From: Octopus sinensis
Lineage: Eukaryota
Assembly: GCF_006345805.1 (NCBI RefSeq)
Contig: NC_043017.1
Location: forward strand, 31,744,001 to 31,808,000
DNA length: 64,000 nucleotides
Reading direction: 5' to 3'
Shown here: positions 40,128 to 53,910 of the stretch, in pieces
Numbering within the stretch: the stretch's first letter is position 1
How the letters are laid out: each line of letters starts with the position of its first letter
Program-made: the position numbers and the translations under genes
Notes under the pieces: model-generated
What the model was told of the DNA's origin: nothing
The model's input: the letters and a program-made list of their open reading frames with translations, nothing else
The model's database searches: none

Positions 40128-40610
40128 ATCCAGTAGTCTTATTTTTATCACATGCTTTCACTGCACTTCCACTGCACTACCGAGTGCAGCTGTGTGTGCC
40201 TTGGGTATGTGCTGTGGTTTGTTGTGATGCTCTTATTTTCACTGTATTGAAAGTGTTTTGCGTAGGATGTGTGCGGTACCTAGAAGTGCTATTTTCTTAA
40301 TGTTACATAATAGCCCTGCATCAGGGCTATTATAATTATTATTATTACTATTCTATGTTTGACTTTTGCTTTATATTTGTATAAGTTGGCTCCAAGTCTC
40401 ACCCAGAGACCTCAAGAGACAACAGGTTGGAAGTTCATGTTGTTGTTATGCCTAGTGTGCCATATATTTGGGGTTTTTTTTTGGTGTTGTACTAGTGAAT
40501 GTCCAAAAAAAAAATTATGTTTGTTTTAAACCCTGAGATTACATAGAAAGAATTTTGCATAGGATATGAGCAGTTCCCATGGGCACTATCTTTTGAGTTC
40601 CTGACATTAT
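40128..40610 (-). mobile_element. Two short 3'-end fragments of RLE-type (Dong/R4-like) LINEs within (TAA)n tracts
   Basis: Minus translations KKIALLGTAHILRKTLSIQ* (~40240-40305) and QKIVPMGTAHILCKILSM* (~40540-40600) match the QKxxLLGTAxILRKxL C-terminal motif. Confidence 0.72.
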
Positions 40611-40624
40611 TATTATTATTATTA

Positions 40625-40668
<44 letters not shown>

Positions 40669-41415
40669 GTAGTAGTATTTGTTTTGATATTAAGATTGCA
40701 AAGACTTCACTACTTTCGTAAAAAAAATATGGACCTGGGTTTGCATTCGCTAAACATATATCCTTTGAGCACTTCTGACTGACAGAATAGTCAAAGCCGG
40801 AATGTTTTTGATCAGAATGATAAACCATATATGATCCTAGATACATGGAGCATGAATGAAATGCAATACATCTGAAATTTTGTGAGTCTTCAGTTGTTCT
40901 TGAAGAATTCTCTCATAGGATCATCTTTTTGCATGGTGCTGCGATGTGGATATAATAACATGAAGTATAATGTGACCATTATTGTTGTTGCTGATATGGC
41001 TAAGTACCCTATACGATGTTTTACAGTTAGGTTTGTGGTTTATGTTTGATATAAACATTTGCCAGCTTTCTATTTATCTACAACAGCGAATCATCAATTA
41101 TTACAACTGCTTCTTTTCTCTGTAACGGTTATAACATTAGATGTATATTCTCACATGTATACGTTTGTGTGAATGTAAGTTTAGGAAGGGTGGGAACTGA
41201 AAATTTCCTGGCTTTAAGGGAATCATAAAAGGCCTGGTTGGAGTATCAAACTTCTGAGTGTTTTTTTTTACAGGGCTTAGTAAAACTGAAGGACCACTGC
41301 AATAATTGTGTGAGTCTGAGAGAGGAATATGTTGAATAAGATCATCATTAGCCAATCCTTCTGTATTCTCTTTTACCCAAAACCATCAACTTTTCAGCAC
41401 TCTCTCGTATATGTA

Positions 41416-42295
41416 TTTACTCTTTACTCTTTTACTCTTTTACTTGTTTCAGTCATTTGTCTGTGGCCATGCTGGAGCACCGCCTTTAGTCGAGCAAATC
41501 GACCCCACCGGGACTTATTCTTTGTAAGCCCAGTACTTATTCTATCGATCTCTTTTGCCGAACCACGAAGTGACGGGGGACGTAAACACACCAGCATCGG
41601 TTGTCAAGCAATGCTAGGGGGACAAACACAGACACACAAACACACACACGCACACACACACACACAAACACACACACGCACACACATATATATATACATA
41701 TATACGACAGGCTTCTTTCAGTTTTCCGTCTACCAAATCCACTCACAAGGCATTGGTCGGCCCAGGGCTATAGCAGAAGACACTTGCCCAAGATGCCACT
41801 TTTGCCGAACTGCTAAGTGACGGGGACGTAAGCACACCAGCATCGGTTGTCAAGCAATGTTAGGGGAGCAAACACAGACACACAAACACACACACACATA
41901 TATATATATACATATATATATACGACAGGCTTCTTTCAGTTTCCGTCTACCAAATCCACTCACAAGGCATTGGTCGGCCCAGGGCTATAGCAAAAGACAC
42001 TTGCCCAAGATGCCACTTTTGCCGCTGCTAAGTGACGGGGACGTAAAACACACAGCATCGGTTGTCAAGCAATGTTAGGGGAGCAAACACAGACACACAA
42101 ACACACACACATATATTATATACATATATATACGACAGGCTTCTTTCAGTTTCCGTCTACCAAATCCACTCACAAGGCATTGGTCAGCCCGGGGCTATAG
42201 CAGAAGACACTTGCCCAAGATGCCACGCAGTGGGACTGAACCTGCAACCATGTGGTTGGTTAGCAAGCTACTTACCACACAGCCACTCCTGCGCC
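41416..42295 (-). mobile_element. SINE B with an internal segment triplicated (period ~210-220 bp)
   Basis: Identical junction aagatgccac|ttttgccg at ~41800 and ~42018. Confidence 0.9.
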
Positions 42296-42519
42296 TGTGT
42301 TACTGTTTGTGTATGTGCATATGCTTTCATCTTCAGATATTGTCTCGTGCAGGTGATGACAATCGATTGAGACCACTGGCGATTTGCGGTTCTTGAGAAG
42401 ACACCTCAAGCCAAGTAGAAATCATGGTCATTGCCACTGATGATGACATGTAAAAGGCATCCACACCGATGACACATAAGGGACCCACACCGATGACACA
42501 TAAAAGGCACCCACTAAAC

Positions 42520-42730
42520 CAGTGTCTCCCAAACTTCATTTCTGGGGCCCCACTTTTAAATAAATTTTCCGGTGCCCCACATTGTAATACCAAAATTTCC
42601 AGTGCCCCACTTTTTAATAACAAAAAATCTGGTGCCCTACTTTTTAATAACAAATTCTCCAGTGCCCCACTTTTTAATAACAAATTTCTGGTGCCCCACT
42701 TTTTAATAACAAAAAATCTGCTGCCCATCA
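42520..42730. repeat. ~30-bp minisatellite (about 7 copies) after a hAT-like terminus
   Basis: cagtgtctcccaaac followed by (ggtgccccactttttaataacaaa.aatt)n. Confidence 0.8.
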
Positions 42731-43124
42731 ACATTTTTCTTGTAATATAGAAACACAATTTCTAATCCAATTACCTGGTTGAAGGATACCCCAACTCATT
42801 TAGTGAGAACCCTGTGCCTGGTGCATACAGCACAGATCCTTGATTTGAGGAGACAATTTCATTAACTTTAGCCGTAAATTGCCACATTTAGTAATTTCAA
42901 GCCAGTTTCTCTTGGCTTCCAGCAAATTGTCAACTGCACTGAATCAACATTCAACCAAATAAGATGATGGAAAATGATTCATTAGTTCTCTTGGACAATA
43001 GATATTGAAACAAAGAAACAAATGCCTAACAAATGTCGATGCCTCACTCATTATGCTGATTGGTTGCAGCTAGCAATTTCTATGATTTGAGTATAAATAT
43101 TGCATGACAATTTTTTTTCATCTC

Positions 43125-44582
43125 TATAGGCGTAGGAGTGGCTGTGTTATCAACCACATGGTTCCAGGTTCAGTCCCACTGCTTGGCACCTTGGGCAAGT
43201 ATCTTCTACTATAGCCTCGGGCTGACCAAAGCCTTGTGAGTGGATTTTGTAGACGGAAACTGAAAGAAGCCCATCGTATATATATATGTATATATATATA
43301 TAATATATATATATATATATGTGTGTGTGTGTATGTGTATATGTTTGTGTGGCTGTGTTTGTCCCCCCAACATCGTTTGACGACCGATGCTGGTGTGTTT
43401 ACATCCCCGTAACTTAGCGGTTCGGCAAAAGAAACCAATAGAATAAGTACTAGGCTTACAAAGAATAAGTCCCGGGGTCGATTTGCTCGACTAAAAGGTG
43501 GTGCTCCAGCATGGCCACAGTCAAATGACTGAAACAAGTAAAAGCGTAAAAGAATGTCCAAAGATAGGCTTAGGGTTGACACGCATGTGCTCAGGTCACT
43601 TGCAAAAATTTTCTCACCCCAAGCTAACACATGCCCCACTCCAATTTTCCTATGCGCTACGTTGGGAAACACATGCACTACACTCTTGGAGTGGTTGGAA
43701 TTACAAAGAGCATCCAGCCATAGAAACCAAGCCAAACCAAACTGGAGCCTGGTGCAGTTCTCAGGTTTACCAGTTCCACTCGAACCATCTAACCCATGCC
43801 AGCATGTAAAACAGACACCAAATGATAATGAAAGATATATATATGTACATATGTATATATGTTCGAGCGAGGTCATTGCCAGTACCGCCTGACTGGCCCC
43901 TGTGCTGGTGGCATGTAAAAAGCACCCACTACACCCTCGGAGTGGTCGGTGTAAGGAAGGGCATCCAGCTGTAGAAACTCTGCCAGATTAAGATTGAAGC
44001 CTGGCGCGGCCATCTGGTTCGCCAGCCCTCAGTCAAATCGTCCAACCGATGCTAGCATGGAAAGTGGACATTAAACGATGATGATGATGTGATGATGATG
44101 ATGATGATGATGATTGGGAGGAATTAAGTACCTACTTCTAACAGTTGCATAAACAGGACCATTAAAGACATATTCCTTTTACTCTTTTACTTGTTTCAGT
44201 CATTTGACTGCGGCCATGCTGGAGCAGCGCCTTTAATCGAGCAAATCAACCCCGGGACTTATTCTTTGTAAGCCCAGTACTTATTCAATCGGTCTCTTTT
44301 GCCGAACCGCTAAGTGACGGGGATGTTAACACACCAGCATCGGTTGTCAAGCAATGCTAGGGGGACAAACATAGACACACAAACACACAAACATTCACAT
44401 ATATATATATATATACATATATACGACAGGCTTCTTTCAGTTTCCGTCTACCAAATCCACTCACAAGGCATTGGTTGGCCCGAGGCTATAGTAGAAGACA
44501 TTTGCCCAAGGTGCCATGCAGTGGGACTGAACCCGGAACCATGTGGTTGGTAAACAAGCTACTTACCACACAGCCACTCCTG
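43125..44582. mobile_element. SINE B (+, 43125-43545), RTE 3'UTR element (+, ~43740-44110) and SINE B (-, 44180-44582)
   Basis: Consensus heads and tails as above. Confidence 0.85.
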
Positions 44583-44654
44583 AATACTTTAAAAGGAAAC
44601 ATAAAGAACCAGTAACATAGCAGCTCACTCTCATTTTCTCTCTCAGGCACGCAT

Positions 44655-44708
<54 letters not shown>

Positions 44709-44745
44709 CTGCATACAGAAACAGACATATCTATGTAAATGTGTC

Positions 44746-44844
44746 NNNNNNNNNNNNNNNNNNNNNNNNNNNNNNNNNNNNNNNNNNNNNNNNNNNNNNN
44801 NNNNNNNNNNNNNNNNNNNNNNNNNNNNNNNNNNNNNNNNNNNN
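44746..44844. other. Assembly gap (N run)
   Basis: Run of n; contiguity across it is unverified. Confidence 1.
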
Positions 44845-45349
44845 NCATATTAGCATTAATGTGATATGATTGTATTATAAGTTTATCAAAGCTTTAAGAA
44901 CTAAAGAACTATATACACACATACAGTCATACATACATGAATACGTACATGCACGCATACATACATACATACACACATACATACATGCATACGTACACAT
45001 CATACATACATTCATACAAGTTATGCAGATGCACACAAGCACACATGCATAAACACACCCACACACACACCCACACACACGCCTATGTGCATATACAAAT
45101 AACGAAGTATCCAAGTAAGTAACTGCGCAGGAAATTAATATATCTTAATATAACTTCTGTCAGCAACTAATTTTTCCAGGAAACGCTGGTGGCAATCAGA
45201 TGCTGAGAGATGTCTTCACTTATTTAACATACGCGTAATTTCCAGAAGGCAAGTTTGATATAACTTCTCTTATTTACAGAGATCCCATCCTTATCATAAG
45301 GAACTGGTTGGTGGTCTGAAGATATTACTTTTCAGGATATCATATATAC

Positions 45350-45355
45350 AGTGTT

Positions 45356-45398
<43 letters not shown>

Positions 45399-45680
45399 GT
45401 GTGTGAGTGTGTGTGTGTGTGAGAGAGTGTGTGTGTGTGTGGGGTGACTGTGTGCGTGTGTGTGTATGTGTGTGAGTGTGTGTGTGTGTGGGAGAGTGTT
45501 GTGTGTGGTGTGTGAGTGTGTGAGTGTGTGTGTGAGTGTGTAAGTGTGTGGTGTGAGTGAGTGTGTGAGTGTGTGTGTGGTGAGGGTGTGTGTGATGTGA
45601 GTGTGGTGTGTGTGTGTGTGTGAGTGTGTGTGTGTGTGTGACTGTGCATGTGTGTGTATGTGTGTGTGGTGTGTGTGTTA
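45350..45680. repeat. Degenerate (GT)n microsatellite
   Basis: Visible directly. Confidence 0.95.
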
Positions 45681-46356
45681 GCATTTTATTTATTGTTTTT
45701 GTCGTCGAGTTCCAGCTCAATTTTGATCATCGAGGACTATAGGGAAAAGAATTCCAGCTGTAACCATTTTGTCTACATTTCAGATAATCAGTACATCTAG
45801 AATCACATCGTTCATTGAGTTTCCCCTTATAGGAAGATGGTTATTTTCAGTTTGAAGGTGAATTGGTCCCCACTTTTTGAGACTGTAACTCATAGTCATG
45901 ATACCTGCAAAACATTTTTGGATTTGAATTCAAAATAGAAAATTGTAAGTTTTTATTGAGCAAAAACATCTAAAGCCCCACGAGGTTCTGGCAGGAGTAG
46001 GGTGAACCCTATTGTACTCTTTCACCACAACTTTCTCTCATTCTTTCTTCCTATTTCTGTTGTGCCTGTATTTCAAAGGGTCAACCTTGTCACACTCTGT
46101 GTCACACTGAATCTCCCTGGGAACTAGGTTAATGGTATACATGTCTGTGGAGTGCTCAGCCACTTACACATTAATAAATAGTGCAAAGCTGTATCGGCTT
46201 CTGTCTGTCCCTTGGATAGCATCGGTGGTGTGGAGAGGGTGGGGACTGGTTTGCATGGGCAACTACTGTTCTTCCCAAAAAAACTTTGCCCAGATTTGTG
46301 CCTCGGAGGGTAACTTTCTAGGTGCAATCCCTTGGTCATTCATGACCAAAGGCGTC

Positions 46357-46399
<43 letters not shown>

Positions 46400-46594
46400 A
46401 TATACATACATATACATACAGCAGATGGAAGCTGTTTCCTATCTTACAAAGGTAAATACCCAATCTTTATTGCTGTTCTTACAACTTTACTGTATTTGAA
46501 ATTACTTGTCCATAATATATATATACATACATATATATATATATACTATATATATATATATATATACATGTTGTCTGAAGAACATAAACTTGTG

Positions 46595-46850
46595 TTATCA
46601 TCATCATCATCATCATCATCGTTTAACGTCCGTTTTCCGGCGCTAGCAACGGGTTGGACGGTTTCGACGGGGTCTGGGGAGCTCGGGACTGTCCCAGGCT
46701 CCAGTCTAGTCTGGCAGTGTTTCTACAGCTGGATGCCCTTCCTAACGCCAACCACTCCGCGAGTGTAGTGGGTGCTTTTTAACGTGCCACCTGGCACAGA
46801 TGCCGAGGGGTCTGGCATCGGCCATGTTCAGATGGTGCTTTTTATGGGGG
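46595..46850 (-). mobile_element. RTE 3'UTR-type element
   Basis: (CAT)n and ggatgcccttcctaacgccaaccactcc. Confidence 0.85.
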
Positions 46851-47092
46851 GGTGCAGAAATATAGGGGAGCACCAGTGGGGGGGTGGTTCAGAGAAATGA
46901 TGACAGGTTCTAGGCAAGTAGAACGTAGGATATCGAGAGAGGGGTAATGTATGGTGAAATAGCGTATTGAAGAGGGGTTCGAAGAGTAGACACCTATAAT
47001 GGTGGTGGGAGAAGCGACATCCGGTATAGATGGAGCAAAATATAGAGATATCCGGTATTGGTGGTGGGGGTGGGAGGGTGGGCGCACCACGC

Positions 47093-47873
47093 ATTGGGAG
47101 ATGAGGTTTTAGGCGGCAGAAAGAAGACAGGATTGAGATGAAATGCTTTGCGGTGGTGTGAATAAGTTTTTGTGAGTGAGAGTTTTTATGCTTCAGCTAG
47201 CATTTGAGACGAAAGACAACGACAACGCTACTAGATGGGGACACAATAGTAATAAGGCTTGCAAAAACAATGAAAAGGTTTTAGGCGGCAGAAAGAAGAC
47301 AGGATTGAGATGAAATGCTTTGCGGTGGTGTGAATAATTTTTTGTGAGTGAAAGTTTTTATGCTTCAGCTAGCATTTGAGACAAAGACAACGACCGCTAC
47401 TAGATGGGGACACAATAGTAATAAGGCTTGCAAAAACAATGAAAAGGTTTTAGAGCGGCAGAAAGAAGACAGGATTGAATATGAAATGCTTTGCGGTGGT
47501 GTGAATAAGTTTTTTGTAGTGAAAGTTTTATTCTTCAGCTAGCATTTGAGACGAAAGACAACGACAACGCTACTAGATGGGGACACAAAGAGTATAATGC
47601 TTGCAAAAACAATGAAAAGGTTTTAGGCGGCAGAAAGAAGACAGGATTGAGATGAAATGCTTTGCGGTGTGTGTGAATAAGTTTTTGTGATGAAAGTTTT
47701 TATGCTTCAGCTACATTTAGACGAAAGACAACGACAACGCTACTAGATGGGGACACAATAGTAATAAGGCTTGCAAAAACAATGAAAAGAAACAGGTCGG
47801 GAACTTAGCTGATTGTTTTCTTTTTCAATCCTGGCGGTAGCGCGTGAAGGTGAGATATATACCGAGAGAGAGA

Positions 47874-47907
<34 letters not shown>

Positions 47908-48226
47908 CGTGAAAACAGAGGAGAAACGACACCACATAGCGAGAGAGAGAATTGGGAGATGAGGTTTTAGGCGCAGAAAAGAAACAGGATTGAGATTAAA
48001 TGCTTTGCGGTGGTGTGAATAAGTTTTTTGTGAGTGAAAGTTTTTTATTGCTTCAGCTAGCATTTGAGACGAAAGACAACGACAACGCTACTAGATGGGG
48101 ACACAAAGAATAAGGCTTGCAAAAAACAATGAAAAGGTTTTAGCGGCAGAAAGAAGACAGGATTTGAAGATGAATGCTTGCGTGGTGTGAATAATTTTTT
48201 GTGAGTGAAAGTTTTTATGCTTCAGC
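47093..48226. repeat. ~172-bp tandem repeat: 4 units, a ~160-bp interruption, then ~1.5 units
   Basis: ggttttaggcggcagaaagaagacaggattgag starts at 47105, 47277, 47446, 47619, ~47973 and ~48136. Confidence 0.95.
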
Positions 48227-48257
<31 letters not shown>

Positions 48258-48398
48258 ATATATGTATATATATACATATGGATATTATGTATAAACATAT
48301 ATATATTTATATATATAAGCATATATATCTATAAACATATATAACATATCTATATATATATATATTATATGTATGTATGATAAACATATATATTTATA

Positions 48399-48443
<45 letters not shown>

Positions 48444-48626
48444 CACAGAAACCCGTGCACACATACATTATATACCCATATATTTTTATGATGGAATAGC
48501 ATTTATGAGTGAGTAAGATCCTTTTGGCAGTGTACCAAACAGTCAGAAAACTTTTGAAAGGAGTTGAAAATATTCAGAGATGAATGTTGACATTAATATG
48601 AACCAATCAGAGCGAAGAACCATTAA

Positions 48627-48669
<43 letters not shown>

Positions 48670-48939
48670 GCAGCAACAGCTAAATTCATCACTGCTTGGG
48701 AAAATAAAAATACAGTTATCATGCCATTATCTTAAGCTAGTTATAAAATATCATTATGATAATGAGTTGATATCTCCAGTATCACATTGGCTCGATCTTA
48801 TATAATGCAATTAAAGTGTTACTCCCTAATGGCTTTGATGGAGTAATATGTATAGCCTCTATCATCAGTATTTCTGAGAATTTTGATAGGAAGATATATT
48901 ACCCAATCACACACACACACACACACATATACATACATA

Positions 48940-49325
48940 GAAAGGCGGCGAGCTGGGCGAAATGCGTAGCTGTATTTCATCTGTCGTCACGTTCCGAGTT
49001 CAAATTCCGTCGAGGTCGACTTTGCCTTTCATCCTTTCGGGGTCGATAAATTAAGTACCAGTTACACACTGGGGTCGATATAATCGACTTAATCCATTTG
49101 TCCCATCTGTGTTTAGCCCCTTGTGGGTAGTAAAGAAATATATACATACATATTTCGTCTGCCGTTACGTTCTGAGTTCAAATTCTGCTGAGGTCGACTT
49201 TGCCTTTCATCCTTTCAGGGTCGATAAATTAAGTACCAGTTACGCACTGGGGTAGATGTAATCGATTTAATCCCTTTGTCTGTCCTTGTTTGTCCCCTCT
49301 ATGTTTAGCCTGTTATGGGCAGTAA
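48940..49325 (+). mobile_element. SINE A with a duplicated body
   Basis: ggcggcgagctgggcgaaatgcgtag..., two central domains. Confidence 0.88.
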
Positions 49326-49934
49326 GGTAACACATACATTTATGTGTGTGTGTGTATATATATAAGTCCTTAGACGTAGACACATATGTGCATACAAACA
49401 CATACACAAACATGTGTGTGTGTATATGTATATGTGTATGTGTGTGAGGCTGCATCACTTAGTGGTAATGGTGGTGCAATTGTTATTGTGAGATCGTGGT
49501 TTCAATTCCTGGACCAGGTGCTGCATTCTGTATTCTTGAGCAAGACACTTCACCTGAAGTTGCTCTGTGATTGCTTCAATACCTGATATATGTGGTTCAC
49601 CGTGCACCTGTTCAGGTTATGTTGATCGGATGATGAGGGAGAGCTAACGTACAGCACATGAATTTGATCACAATAAACAAATCGTTTGTGCAGTCACACA
49701 GGCTGTTCAGCCAGAATTTGCAGAACCATCCTTCTCAGGTTACAAGAGACTACCACCATATAGCATCATTCATCATCATCATCATCATCATCATCAGCAT
49801 CATTGTTGTTGTCATCGTCATCATCATCATCAGCATCATCACCATCATCATCATCATCATCGGCATTATCATCATCAACACACGTTCATTATCATCATCA
49901 TCATCATCGGCATCATCATCATCATCGGCATTAT

Positions 49935-49966
<32 letters not shown>

Positions 49967-50911
49967 CATCATCATCATCATCCTCATCATCATCGTCATC
50001 ATCATCCTTCTCAGATTACAAGAGACTACCACCATATAGCATCATCATCATCCACATCATCATCATCATCTAATGTCTCTTTTTCACGCTGGCATGGGTT
50101 GGATGGTTTGACATAGAGCTAACCAGCTGGAAGCTGTCCAGACTCCAGTTGTCTGTCGTGGCATGTTTTCTTTGGCTGGATGCCCTTCCTAATGCCAGTC
50201 ACTTAACAGTGTATGCCGGGTGCCATTTATGTGCCACTGGCACAGGTGTGTTTACACAACATTGGCACAGGTGGATTTACACAGCACCAGCATGGTGGCT
50301 TTATAAGTGGCACTGTATATGTGGCAGACAGCAATTTTACTTAGCATGGCATAATATTGACTACTTCGATTAATAAAGACAAATTTAGAAGCGCTTTTTT
50401 TTTTCTGACTTATGGCTTCTTAGATGGTTATAGATATGTGTATATATATATATGCATACACACACATACACATGTATACACAAATACACACACATACACA
50501 CACACACAAATATATTATATATATATATAATAATAATAATATTAGGGAGTAAATCCAAACTTACAGGGAAAAATTTGATTTAGGATTAAATATAATTTTA
50601 CAGTATAAATATAAATTAAATTAGAGATAAAACCACCATTAGGTAAATCAAAGAGTGAAAAACATAAGCAAAAACCTAAAAATAAATATAATTAATATAA
50701 TATACAAAATATATAAAATATAAAATTTAAAATTTAAATTATTTAAATTTAGAATTTTTAATTTATATTTATAAATTTAAATAATTTAAATTTTATATTT
50801 TATATATTTTGTATATTATATTAATTATGTCTATTTTTATGTTTTGGCTTATGTTTTTCACTGTTTGATTTACCTAATAGTGGTTTTATATCTAATGTAA
50901 TTTATGTATAA

Positions 50912-51330
50912 AGGTGCAGGAGTGGCTGTGTGGTAAGTAGCTTGCTAACCAACCACATGGTTCCGGGTTCAGTCCCACTGCGTGGCATCTTGGGAAAGTG
51001 TCTTCTGCTATAGCCCCGGGCCGACCAATGCCTTGTGAGTGGATTTGGTAGACGGAGACTGAAAGAAGCCTGTCGTATATATATGTGTATATATATATAT
51101 ATGTGTGTGTGTGTATGTGTGTGTGTATGTCTGTGTTTGTCCCTCTAGCATTGCTTGACAACCGATGCTGGTGTGTTTACGTCCACGTCACTTAGCGGTT
51201 CAGCAAAAGAAACCGATAGAATAAGTACTGGGCTTAATAAGAATATGTCCTGGGGTCGATTTGCTCGACTAAAGGCGGTGCTCCAGCATGGCCACAGACA
51301 AATGACTGAAACAAGTAAAAGAATAAAAGA
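50912..51330 (+). mobile_element. SINE family B
   Basis: Full consensus. Confidence 0.9.
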
Positions 51331-51903
51331 ATATATATTTATATGCATACATGGTGGTCTCCAGCATGACTGCAGCTGCATGGCTGAAACAAGTAAATGT
51401 CTAATATATGCATACATATATATAGTCGAATGTTATAATAAAAACTACAAGTTGTGTTAAATAAAACCACCCGTCTGCTCAAGAGACAACTGACAGTTTT
51501 GTTCCCAGATTGAAAAATGGCGAGATAAATGAGCATTTTGACCAGGAAACCTTGTGTTATATTTAACAAGATTTATCATTTTTATTATAACGTTATTTTT
51601 ACTCAAATAGCTAATCAATCGCTATTAAACTTGAGGTAAGAGATTACCAGACATATATATATATATAAGTATATATATATATATATATCATCATCATCAT
51701 CATCTCGATATATGTATATATATATATGTATATATAAATATACATATATATATGTATGTATATATATATGTATATATATATGTATAAATATATATTATAT
51801 ATAATATATATGATATATATGTATAAATATATATGTATATATATATATATGTATATATATATGTTAAATTATATGTATATATATATGTATATATATGTAC
51901 ATA

Positions 51904-51943
<40 letters not shown>

Positions 51944-52070
51944 GTGTATATATATATGTGTATATATATATATATGTGTATATATATATATGTATATATA
52001 ATATATGTATATATATCTATATGTATATTATATTAGTATATGTATATATATATGTATATATATATATATA

Positions 52071-52440
52071 GTATTAATTTATAAAAATATGGTAAAGTAA
52101 AAAAATTCACTTTACCACACACCGAACTTTTCAGAAATAGCAGCCAAAAATATGGCTATTTCTTCAACTGCAAATAAAAGTCTCCAGACAATGCATACTC
52201 AGAAAATAACTCACATAGTTTTCTGAGTATGCATTGTCTGGAGACTTTTATTTGCAGTTGAAGAATAGCCATATTTTTGGCTGCTATTTCTGAAAAGTTC
52301 GGTGTGTGGTAAAGTGAATTTCTTTACTTTACCATATTTTTATAAATTAATACTTCAAATACACCGTAAATGGTCTTTACATACGAATACTGCTTGGTCG
52401 AATTTATTGAACAATAATTAATTCTACCCCCTTTTTTGAT
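52071..52440. repeat. Palindrome, ~136-bp arms (52071-52206 and 52219-52353) plus a one-sided tail; family of 27560-27770
   Basis: tttaccacacaccgaacttttcagaaatagcagccaaaaa...catactcagaaaa / ttttctgagtatg... Confidence 0.93.
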
Positions 52441-52443
52441 GAC

Positions 52444-52476
<33 letters not shown>

Positions 52477-52756
52477 ATTATATTAAATTAGAGACATATA
52501 TACATGCACACACACACACCCATAAAGTACTGGGTGATGTATTGAAAGCTGTCAGCAATAAGCAATTTATTGAAATTTCCCAAGATTGAGTAAGTAAACT
52601 ATAACCCAGGGGCAAATGTGAGCCTCTCTCAAATTAAAGAGGAGATCATTTCTAGAAATTAGTTTCCAATTTACATGTTTAGATCAGTGAGGAAGGAGAG
52701 GGTAACAAATTCCTGTGTGAATTAATTAGTTAATTAATTAATTAATATTTAATTAA

Positions 52757-52953
52757 TTAACCCTTTAGTGTTTAAACTGGCCGTGTCTGGCCAAAATATT
52801 CTACCTGTCTAATTGTTCAAACTGGCCAGGTCTGGCCTCTCCATTCTAAAAAGTATACCATCATATCAAAATCTCAAAGCTGCAAGATAATAGATGTGTA
52901 ATTTAAAACCGTGTGAATAAATAAGCATTGCGTTTGACAGAATAAAGGATTAA
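52757..52953. mobile_element. piggyBac-like MITE (TTAA-flanked)
   Basis: ttaaccctttag...taaaggattaa. Confidence 0.6.
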
Positions 52954-53030
52954 CAGAAACAAAAGGATTAGCAGAAACATAATCCTGCACCAATTCCAAT
53001 GAGTGGATATGCACGGTAAAATCCTGAGGA

Positions 53031-53333
53031 TGTTCTGTTGTGTCTGGGGAGAGTAATTTTCTTTTTGTGCCTTATAATGTAACACACTCACCGGTAAAAT
53101 TTCCACTTATTTCCTATTTTTATTGTCCTAAAATTTTCGTTGCATCTTGCAACATTTTCAATAGTCTTGACTCTCAAGCCTATTGAAAGAGAGTCAAGAC
53201 TATTGAAAAGGCTACAAGACGCAACGAAAATTTTAGGGAAATAAAAATAAGGAATAAGTGGAAATTTTGCCGGTGAGTGTGTTACATTATAAGGCACCAA
53301 AAGAAAATGACTCTCCCCAGACACAACAGAATA
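53031..53333. repeat. Inverted repeat, ~143-bp arms, ~14-nt spacer
   Basis: tgttctgttgtgtctggggagag...caatagtcttgactctc / gagagtcaagactattg...ctctccccagacacaacagaata. Confidence 0.93.
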
Positions 53334-53669
53334 TGCTTCAACACACGAACTCATATAAAGAATCTTGCAAACCAAATCCCAAAACAAACTCATGAGTATA
53401 TGTTTATTAGTAAACACGTTTATTTACCTTAATTGGAAACAGGTGAGTGTTGGTACACAGAAAGGGCACCTGGTCATGGAAAATCTGTCTCAAACAAGCT
53501 ACATGTGGTACATGCAAGCATGGAAAAGTGGACATTCAATAACGATGATATTATTTTAGATGATGTTGTCATCATCGTCATCGTGACAGATGTTGCCATC
53601 ATCGCTGTCATTGTTGTTATCATCCTCATCACCATTTCACATCTATTTTTCTTTTCTTTTTTTTTATTG

Positions 53670-53910
53670 CCCAGAAGGAGCTAAACACAGAGGGGACAAA
53701 CATGGACAGACAAACGGATTAAGTCAATTACATCGACCCCAATACATAACTGGTACTTAATTTATCGACCCCGAAAGAATGAAATGCAAAGTCGACCCTG
53801 AAAGAATGAAAGGCAAAGTCAACCTCGGCAGAATTTGAACTCAGAACGCAGTGACAGACGAAATACTGCTAAGCATTTCGCCTGGCGTGCTCACGCTTTT
53901 GCCAGCTCAC
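53670..53910 (-). mobile_element. SINE family A
   Basis: Consensus reverse complement with a small internal duplication. Confidence 0.87.

Noticed and set aside
47093-48226. Hammerhead in the 172-bp repeat (minus ctgaagc / ctgaaga)
   Set aside because: No stem II followed by GAAA, and no stem III or UH.
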